Source of the DNA: Macrostomum lignano
Taxonomy: Eukaryota
Direction of reading: 5' to 3'
DNA: 64,000 nt
Assembly: GCA_002269645.1 (NCBI GenBank)
Contig: NIVC01003088.1
Span: 1 to 64,000 of the forward strand
In this document: one piece after another, positions 55,901-64,000 of the stretch
Position numbering within the stretch: position 1 is the first letter of the stretch
Layout of the letters: each line of letters begins with the position of its first letter
The notes under the pieces: model-generated
Told to the model about the DNA's origin: nothing
What the model saw: only the letters and a program-made list of their open reading frames with translations
Database searches by the model: none
Translations under genes and position numbers: made by a program

Positions 55901-57593
55901 CCACGGTGTCCGAAGCCACCACGGATTGAAATGCGTACAGGTTGCAGACCACCATGTCAATTTGACGCAGGCCTCTGGCCGACATATCGGCCGCGTCGCT
56001 GGGATTGTCCGAACGGGACAGGATCCCGGCGTGGATGGCCGGATGAAGCGTCTTGACTCGGCCGCCCAGCATCTCGGGAAAGCCGGTGAGATCGCTAACC
56101 TGACCGAATGCAACCCGTTTTTTGAGCAGATATTATTTGTGGATGAGTTTATTAAATTAAGAGATCAGAGGTATCGATTATACTTTTTAACCTTGAGTTC
56201 GACATTACAAGGAAACTTCAGCGAGTCACTAAACTCTCAAGGACAATTCAGTGACTCACCAAACCTACAATGACATTTCAGTGACTCACCAAACCTACAA
56301 GGACAATTCAGTGACTCACCAAACCTACAATGACAATTCAGTGACTCACAAACCCTCGAGGACAATTCAGTGACTCACAAACCCTCGAGGACAATTCAGT
56401 GACTCACAAACCCTCGAGGACAATTCAGTGACTCACAAACTCTCAAGGACAATTCAGTGACTCACAAACCCTCGAGGACAATTCAGTGACTCACAAACCC
56501 TCGAGGACAATTCAGTGACTCACAAACCCTCGAGGACAATTCAGTGACTCACAAACTCTCGAGGACAATTCAGTGACTCACCAAACCCTCGAGGACAATT
56601 CAGTGACTCACCAAACCCTCAAGGATATTTCAGTGACTCACCAAACTCTCAAGGACAATTCAGTGACTCACAAACCCTCGAGGACAATTCAGTGACTCAC
56701 CAAACCTTCAAGGACAATTCAGTGACTCACAAACCCTCGAGGACAATTCAGTGACTCACCAAACTCTCAAGGACATTTCAGTGACTCACCAAACTCTCAA
56801 GGATATTTCAGTGACTCACCAAACTCTCAAGGACAATTCAGTGACTCACCAAACCCTCGAGGATATTTCAGTGACTCACCAAACTCTCAAGGACAATTCA
56901 GTGACTCACCAAACTCTCAAGGACTATTCAGTGACTCACCAAACTCTCAAGGATATTTCAGTGACTCACCAAACTCTCAAGGATATTTCAGTGACTCACC
57001 AAACTCTCAAGGACAATTCAGTGACTCACCAAACCCTCGAGGATATTTCAGTGACTCACCAAACTCTCAAGGACAATTCAGTGACTCACCAAACCCTCGA
57101 GGATATTTCAGTGACTCACCAAACTCTCAAGGACAATTCAGTGACTCACCAAACCCTCGAGGACACTTTAGTGGCCCAACAAACTTTTAAAGACATTTCG
57201 ACAACACACTAGGACTCTCTAAGACCCGCCAATGATCCAGGAATCCTCTGGGACACTTTAGAGGCCCATTAAACATTCTGGGACTTTTCAGTGACCAAAA
57301 AAGCTTTTTTAGTGACACTTCAGTGAACCAATAAAAAGCCCTGGCTTCGCTTCCAATCCCAGTGACCCTACCTCTTGCACAGGAATGCCAGCCTGAGACA
57401 GGACAGATGCAGTGCCACCCGAAGATACAAGATCGTAGCCATGCCGTTGAACCAGCTGGCGAGCAAAGTCAACTAGGCCAGACTTGTCAGTAACACTTAG
57501 CAGAGCCAATCGACGCCCTTGACCGCGCTTGTCGCCACTGTTGCCAATGTCAACATTGCCGGAAGCTGCTGGCTTGCTAGAGGCCGAGTCCAT
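52913..57593 (-). CDS. ATIC: Bifunctional AICAR transformylase / IMP cyclohydrolase (PurH), about 613 aa; exons 57593-57372, 56099-55615, 55277-54772, 53541-52913
   Basis: Motifs [37 protein letters not shown]-like [69 protein letters not shown] and RLFHH*. Junction phases 0/2/1 are consistent. Confidence 0.97.
53690..54750. repeat. About 22-bp pyrimidine-rich minisatellite CTCTCCCTATCTACTCTCCAGT (ATIC intron 3)
   Basis: Explains ORF 53709-54857. Confidence 0.93.
56220..57150. repeat. 29-30 bp minisatellite CAGTGACTCACCAAACTCTCAAGGACAATT (ATIC intron 1)
   Basis: About 31 units; explains ORF 56751-57212. Confidence 0.95.
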
Positions 57594-57892
57594 TTGCTGT
57601 CTCTTATGCGTTGATTTGAGCGTAAGATTATTTAATTTCAAGGATCTGAAAGAGAAGATAGTTTGATAATTAATCGGGGATCTACCAAATGCAATGTGAT
57701 TTTGGTAATTACATATAAACCTTCCAGACATAATACTTAATAGGGTAGATTTTTTTACATTTTTTCAAGTCCTTTATCATATAAATCATACTTCATTATC
57801 GTAATTAGTAATTTTTCACAGGAAGACTACCAGTTCTCATTCTACGACAATTGAATATCGACATTTCGATTGTCACAAATTGAATTTGTGAC

Positions 57893-59240
57893 AACCCTAA
57901 CCTAAACCCTGATTCCTCAACCCTAACCTAACCCTGATTCCTCAACCCTAACCTAAACCCTGATTCCTCAACCCTAACCTAAACCCTGATTCCTCAACCC
58001 TAACCTAACCCTGATTCCTCAACCCTAACCTAACCCTGATTCCTCAACCCTAACCTAAACCCTGATTCCTCAACCCTAACCTGAACCCTGATTCCTCAAC
58101 CCTAACCTAAACCCTGATTCCTCAACCCTAACCTAAACCCTGATTCCTCAACCCAAACCTAAACCCTGATTCCTCAACCCTAACCTAAACCCTGATTCCT
58201 CAACCCTAACCTAACCCTGATTCCTCAACCCTAACCTAACCCTGATTCCTCAACCCTAACCTAAACACTGATTCCTCAACCCTAACCTAAACCCTGATTC
58301 CTCAACCCTAACCTAAACCCTGATTCCTCAACCCTAACCTAAACCCTGATTCCTCAACCCTAACCTAAACCCTGATTCCTCAACCCTAACCAAAACCCTG
58401 ATTCCTCAACCCTAACCAAAACCCTAATTCCTCAACCCTAACCTAACCCTGATTCCTCAACCCTAACCTAAACCCTGATTCCTCAACCCTAACCTAACCC
58501 TGATTCCTCAACCCTAACCTAACCCTGATTCCTCAACCCTAACCTAAACACTGATTCCTCAACCCAAACCTAAACCCTGATTCCTCAACCCTAACCTAAC
58601 CCTGATTCCTCAACCCTAACCTAACCCTGATTCCTCAACCCTAACCTAAACCCTGATTCCTCAACCCTAACCTAACCCTGATTCCTCAACCCTAACCTAA
58701 CCCTGATTCCTCAACCCTAACCTAAACACTGATTCCTCAACCCTAACCTAAACCCTGATTCCTCAACCCTAACCTAAACCCTGATTCCTCAACCCTAACC
58801 TAAACCCTGATTCCTCAACCCTAACCTAAACCCTGATTCCTCAACCCTAACCAAAACCCTGATTCCTCAACCCTAACCAAAACCCTAATTCCTCAACCCT
58901 AACCTAACCCTGATTCCTCAACCCTAACCTAAACCCTGATTCCTCAACCCTAACCTAACCCTGATTCCTCAACCCTAACCTAACCCTGATTCCTCAACCC
59001 TAACCTAAACACTGATTCCTCAACCCAAACCTAAACCCTGATTCCTCAACCCTAACCTAACCCTGATTCCTCAACCCTAACCTAACCCTGATTCCTCAAC
59101 CCTAACCTAAACACTGATTCCTCAACCCTAACCTAAACCCTGATTCCTCAACCCTAACCTAAACCCTAATTCCTCAACCCTAACCTAAACCTTAATTCTC
59201 AACCCTAAACCCTAACCTAATTCCTCAACCCTAACCTAAT
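57893..59240. repeat. 26-27 bp telomere-like satellite AACCCTAACCTAA(A)CCCTGATTCCTC
   Basis: About 50 units; nearly all contain CCCTAA. Confidence 0.95.
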
Positions 59241-59965
59241 TCCTGAACCCGAATGCCGAACCTAAATCCTACTTCCTAAACTTGAACTCCTAAACCCTCA
59301 GCTAAACTCCTATCTGTAACCTGTAAAATTTCGACAGTCAATTATCGTGTTTCCATTGCTTACTGTCGCCGTCTTTAGCGCCGAGAATTCACGTGACGAG
59401 TATAAAAATACATTTGTTATCTCTTATCTTAGATTGATATAAACTCAGAGGGGTAACAGGGATGAATGTACACTAAGCTTGCGCAGTGTACATTTGTGCG
59501 TACTTTCCTTACACCTGTTCAACTGTCAACCGATCCAACAACAAATCACTGGAACCGGAAATGTTTATTTACAGAACAAACTACTGTAAGTAACACAATC
59601 AAATTAATAACAATAAAACCGATAGTTTATTCGTAATATAAAATATAATGATCAATATTGCATTCTTTATTCAAAATCGCACTTAATTTTACAGAATTTT
59701 TTTAAAAATTATTCAGCACCAAATTTGTGTAAATATAAGTGGAATTAACAATACTAGAATAATACTAGATAATACTAAAAATATTGATTTATTATGCAAA
59801 AGTAATCAACGATAAAATTTGAACAATCGCTTAAATATATAAAATTTATGAGACCGCCAAATTTTATTACAGCATTTTTCATTTTATTTTAAAAGTCGAG
59901 CATTCAATTAGCTTCGGCTATTGTCTATGGCCAAAACCGTGCAAGGGGAGCGCGTTAAGCGTTGA

Positions 59966-60247
59966 GGGTGTTGTAGCCTAGTGGTTAGAGCGTTCGATTT
60001 ACGACTTGAAGGTCGGGGGTTCGATTCCTGATACCACTCGGAACAATTTGTGTCCTTGAGCAAGACACTTAACTCTGCATTGCTTCAGTTTACCCAGCTG
60101 TAAAATGGGTGCCAGCATTAGCTGGGGTAATTGAGGCTGTGTGGCGACCCCCCAGTCCTTGGATGAACAGCCGTACGCAGCCTTCAGATGCGACGCTCAG
60201 CTGTCGGTTGCCTATCTGGCCATTAGGGCGGGTGTAATCAATTATAA
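59966..60247 (+). mobile_element. tRNA-derived SINE with Meta/CORE-like domain, copy 2
   Basis: A box TAGCCTAGTGG, B box GGTTCGATTCC, and the same central domain and 3' part as the copy at 2011-2322. Confidence 0.85.
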
Positions 60248-60369
60248 CCAGATGTGTCTTCACGTACAGTGAAACAGACGGTGTTTTGACCATAGACAAA
60301 AGTAAAAAGATGGCAGTGTCGAATTCTTAAATAAGAATAAATAAATAGTATAAATAGTCATTTCCCTCA

Positions 60370-60990
60370 TTAACGAGTGGATTTAGCATCGCCGGACGCT
60401 ACGGATTCAACAGCACGCAGAGCTTCTCTAGTCTGACTGAGCAAATCCATCAGCTGATGCTTCGTACACACAAATCGAACTCCAGTTGGCTGTCCGACAG
60501 TCGCCAGGCCAAGCTGATAATGAACTGGCTCATCTGACCGACCAGAATTGGCGGCACCCGTTTCGTAGACTAATCGCCATTGGGTGTCAACAATGTGACC
60601 CAGCGACGCCTCTTGCCCAGTTGCCAGGGGAGCTAGCAGAGCTCGACGCTCGAGACTAGGCCAGGCCGAGCTGACACAATCAGTCAGCACTGACAGGTGT
60701 TCGCCAATCAAGCCGCGCTCCTCCGCGCAGGCTAGCAATACTTTCAAGCTCACACCGCGACTCAATGCTTCAGCTAGTAGGGCGCAGAGCACTGAACAGA
60801 TTTCTTTGTCTAAAGGATCCGATGGAGCAGCTGGGGCGGCTTCGTTATTGTCAGACTTTTTAAACCAATCTCTATCACTGGAATAGTGCAACATCAGACA
60901 GGCGGCCTCGCACAGGCCACGGAATCGGTCGGCGGGCAGTTGCTCTACGCAACAGCGAAATACGGTGGCAAATTGTTGTGGCAGCTCCAT
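60370..60990 (-). CDS. COMMD3: COMM domain-containing protein 3 (single coding exon, 206 aa)
   Basis: MEL start, and a C-terminal COMM domain HIVDTQWRLVYE...RFVCTKHQLMDLLSQTREALRAVE resembling COMMD3 HITDVSWRLEY...FSCSMEQLQDLVGKLKDA (recalled). Confidence 0.8.
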   Translation of the reverse strand: MELPQQFATVFRCCVEQLPADRFRGLCEAACLMLHYSSDRDWFKKSDNNEAAPAAPSDPLDKEICSVLCALLAEALSRGVSLKVLLACAEERGLIGEHLSVLTDCVSSAWPSLERRALLAPLATGQEASLGHIVDTQWRLVYETGAANSGRSDEPVHYQLGLATVGQPTGVRFVCTKHQLMDLLSQTREALRAVESVASGDAKSTR

Positions 60991-61169
60991 AGTTGTTCTT
61001 TAATCTGGCTCGGGTTCCGGATCGGTTCGGGCTGTGAACAATGAGGTACAAGTACTGAGGCAGATGGATAGACGCTTGAGACTCTACTGTAAGACAGATA
61101 GCCAATTAGACAGACACTGAAATAGAGAAGCCTAAAAGGCACAAATTAAAACCGAGAAACAGATAGACA

Positions 61170-61260
61170 AATAGACAGGCAGGCAGACAGTTAGACAGAC
61201 AGACAGACACACAGACAGACAGACACAGACAGACAGACAGACAGACAGACGGACACACAG

Positions 61261-61323
<63 letters not shown>

Positions 61324-61358
61324 CAGACAGACAGACAGACAGACAGACGGACACACAG

Positions 61359-61409
<51 letters not shown>

Positions 61410-61410
61410 C

Positions 61411-61497
<87 letters not shown>

Positions 61498-61560
61498 CAC
61501 AGACAGACAGACAGACAGACAGACACACAGACAGACAGACAGACAGGCAAACAGACAGAC
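61170..61560. repeat. (CAGA)n microsatellite
   Basis: Direct inspection. Confidence 0.97.
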
Positions 61561-62125
61561 TGAGGCAGATCCAAAAGGACTTAACTAAGTCAAAGCTAAT
61601 TAAATATCGGAGACCATCTGACAGAAGGGACAAGAAGACACAACCTTAAAGCGAGCTTGGCGGTCAACGCAATCAGTGCACAATTATATTTGATAGCTCG
61701 CACAAGCAAAATACAGAATGCATTAGAAAATGGAACGAATGCAAAAAGAAACTGCAACGAAGCGCAGATTTCGAATGTGAATTTTGCATCCTACCGAACG
61801 GTCCAACAGCCACAGAAACAGGGGTAGGGAACTAGTTTAATATAAAAAGTTGAAAATTTGTACGCAACTAAAGCCATGTTAAAAAATGAGCATGAAATAA
61901 ATTGTTGGTCCACAAAAGAGTAAAACACAAACAATTAGCCTTACAAATTTTTAAAGTAAAAATGGCACATAAATCAATTTTAAACAATAATAAATAATTG
62001 GACGGGATTACTACTAACAACAGTAGCATTTCAGAGTAGATAAAAATGCGTTCCAGCGCCAGGGAAACGGTAAAACAAAACATTTTGTTTTTTGTTGCAA
62101 TTGCAAAATCCTATCAGATATCCGT

Positions 62126-62175
62126 GCGGGTAAACAGCGGGAGTATAATAATGAAATGCCTCGTCATCTAATTAG
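62126..62175 (+). other. Two fragments of 28S rRNA sequence (20 + 22 nt) flanking the R2 target site, joined by 8 nt of filler; not an rRNA gene
   Basis: GCGGGTAAACAGCGGGAGTA + TAATAATG + AAATGCCTCGTCATCTAATTAG, compared with conserved 28S GCGGGTAAACGGCGGGAGTA-ACTATGACTCTCTTAAGGTAGCC-AAATGCCTCGTCATCTAATTAG. Confidence 0.85.
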
Positions 62176-62226
62176 CACTCGCCGTTCCTCGGCTAATTGG
62201 CTTTAATTATCCCTTTGTTTGACTTG

Positions 62227-62691
62227 CTAAGGTTGCAGAGCGGTCAATACTAGTTTTAAATCTCGCAACAGGAAACCGGCTTCTTCTGGCGAGAGATCTT
62301 CTAGTAGAAGCAATTTCTGTTGTTGCTGTTGCTGCTGCTGCTGCTCGGCTGCTGTCAAAGACGATAGCAGAGTTTCGTATAGGCCAGCCAACGTGTCAGC
62401 CAAGCCGCTGATCGAACGCAGCTGCGCCTTAGCCCTCTGGTTGCCATGCAGCAGCGCTCGGAGCAGGGACGCAGTCAGGGCCAGGAGTCGAGCCTCCCGT
62501 GCCAGTTCGTTCTGCTTCTGCCGCTGCTGCTGCGACCGTCTCGGCCTGGGCATCTGCTGGCTACGGAGCAATCGCTGGCAGGGCTTCATGGCCGACTGCA
62601 GGCAGTCCGTTAGGCGCTGCTGACAGGCCAGGATGCGCATGAGCAGGCCCGGGTGGCAGGACAGGTTGCGGAGACACAGCAGGGCTCGGCA
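62227..62691 (-). CDS. RTTN: Terminal exon of a rotatin-like (RTTN/Ana3) gene; upstream exons are outside the window
   Basis: Acceptor CCACCGCAG in phase 0. LLCLRNLSCHPGLLMRILA...LLRALLHGNQRAKAQLRS resembles the rotatin C-terminus LLIFHNVCFSPANKPKILA...LWALIYNYQKAKTALKS (recalled). Confidence 0.7.
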   Translation of the reverse strand, partial: CRALLCLRNLSCHPGLLMRILACQQRLTDCLQSAMKPCQRLLRSQQMPRPRRSQQQRQKQNELAREARLLALTASLLRALLHGNQRAKAQLRSISGLADTLAGLYETLLSSLTAAEQQQQQQQQQKLLLLEDLSPEEAGFLLRDLKLVLTALQP

Positions 62692-62711
62692 CTGCGGTGG
62701 GTAGGCGGGCA

Positions 62712-62742
62712 GTCTGTCTGTCTGTCTGTCTGTCTGTCTTAG

Positions 62743-62779
<37 letters not shown>

Positions 62780-62820
62780 GTCTGTCTGTCTGTCTGTGTT
62801 AATCTCTGTGTGTCTGTCTA

Positions 62821-62851
<31 letters not shown>

Positions 62852-63060
62852 GCCTGTCTGTGTTAATCTCTGTGTGTCTGTCTATCTGTCTGTCTGCCTG
62901 TCTGTGTTAATCTCTGTGTGTCTGTCTATCTGTCTGTCTGTCTGTCTGTCTGTCTGCCTGTCTGTGTTAATCTCTGTGTGTCTGTGTGTCTGTACCTGTA
63001 TGTGTCTGTGTCTGTGTCTGTATCTGTATCTGTATCTGTGTCTCTGTATCTCTGTGTGTC
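62712..63060. repeat. (TCTG)n compound microsatellite
   Basis: Direct inspection. Confidence 0.95.
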
Positions 63061-63065
63061 TGTGT

Positions 63066-63626
63066 GTCTTAATTTATTTGCAGTCTTAATTTATTTGCAG
63101 TCTTAATTTATTTGCAGTCTTAATTTATTTGCAGTCTTAATTTATTTGCAGTCTTAATTTATTTGCAGTCTTAATTTATTTGCAGTCTTAATTTATTTGC
63201 AGTCTTAATTTATTTGCAGTCTTAATTTATTTGCAGTCTTAATTTATTTGCAGTCTTAATTTATTTGCAGTCTTAATTTATTTGCAGTCTTAATTTATTT
63301 GCAGTCTTAATTTATTTGCAGTCTTAATTTATTTGCAGTCTTAATTTATTTGCAGTCTTAATTTATTTGCAGTCTTAATTTATTTGCAGTCTTAATTTAT
63401 TTGCAGTCTTAATTTATTTGCAGTCTTAATTTATTTGCAGTCTTAATTTATTTGCAGTCTTAATTTATTTGCAGTCTTAATTTATTTGCAGTCTTAATTT
63501 ATTTGCAGTCTTAATTTATTTGCAGTCTTAATTTATTTGCAGTCTTAATTTATTTGCAGTCTTAATTTATTTGCAGTCTTAATTTATTTGCAGTCTTAAT
63601 TTATTTGCAGTCTTAATTTATTTGCA
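63066..63626 (+). repeat. 33 perfect copies of the 17-mer GTCTTAATTTATTTGCA
   Basis: 561 bp = 33 x 17 with no visible variants; abuts and overlaps the RTE 5' end. Confidence 0.97.
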
Positions 63627-63708
63627 CCACGGTGCAGATAAATGCCGCTACCTCCTCGTGGTGAGAGTGGAGAGCCGCGCTTAACTGCTGCGGCGGCCAA
63701 ATGCGGCA
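63610..63708 (+). ncRNA. HDV-like self-cleaving ribozyme at the RTE 5' end
   Basis: P2 TGCCGC (63643-48) / GCGGCA (63703-08). P3 ACC/GGT closes L3 TCCTCGT. P1 3' strand GAGAGT is followed by GG. P4 GCCGC...GCGGC. J4/2 C63698-AAA. J1/2 hairpin ATTTATTTGCACC-AC-GGTGCAGATAAAT. The P1 5' strand is only partly matched (TCTT). Confidence 0.75.
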
Positions 63709-64000
63709 GGACCAAGCGAGGGCAGCGGAGCGCGCGTCGGCGAGTTGAACGCCGTCGCGAGCGAAACTGGCGAGGTCGGCAACGTGGCGCCGCCCGCCGA
63801 GCTGCTGCTGCGCTGGCCCAATTGGATCTTCCGGGTGGCGCCGGGGACCATGAGGCTCACCAGCATCGAGCCCCAGCCGTACCAGAGGGCACGCTTCGGG
63901 TCGGGACGCTGAACTGCCGCACTCTCAAGGCCACATGGCGGAGAGGGCTGCTGGCGAGGCTAGCGCTCGACCTCAGCTGTGATGTCATCGCACTACAGGA
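63610..64000 (+). mobile_element. 5' end of an RTE-type non-LTR retrotransposon (APE endonuclease), antisense in the RTTN intron, running off the window
   Basis: Open frame from ATG 63642: MPLPPRGESG...Arg-rich...TLRVGTLNCRTL...DVIALQE, the APE N-terminal motifs. Confidence 0.88.

Noticed and set aside
62100-62180. C/D snoRNA on the minus strand (ATGACGA...CTGA)
   Set aside because: The C-box-like word is part of the rRNA match itself, and the antisense element is not adjacent to the D box.
63066-63626. CRISPR-like array
   Set aside because: Head-to-tail repeats with no spacers, eukaryotic context, and no cas genes. The same applies to all other arrays.

Overview
Eukaryotic, metazoan genomic window. 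The intron style, poly-Q-rich proteins and roughly 25% tandem-repeat content suggest a flatworm such as Macrostomum, which is inference only. Host genes: three copies of a small secreted CBM52-like Cys-rich peptide gene, an orphan 12-Cys secreted protein, a divergent K50 paired-class homeobox gene, a coronin with a probable alternative coiled-coil last exon, a GPI-anchored ENPP-family enzyme with Cys at the nucleophile position, ATIC (purH), COMMD3, and the 3' end of a rotatin-like gene. Mobile DNA: one intact, very young Ty3/Gypsy LTR element (near-identical LTRs, 4-bp TSD, PBS, PPT), two RTE-type non-LTR pieces, and two tRNA-derived SINEs. About 26 different mini- and microsatellites are present, with a different one in nearly every long intron. 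Top leads: (1) a fungal-type beta-1,3-glucan-binding (CBM52-like) module encoded as a stand-alone, intron-containing, amplified animal peptide; (2) an HDV-like ribozyme at the 5' end of the RTE element at the right edge, whose own first 17 nt are repeated 33 times perfectly; (3) a 42-nt 28S rRNA remnant lacking exactly the R2/I-PpoI target site; (4) the Cys-nucleophile ENPP. All family assignments are from by-eye motif recognition; no database search was run.
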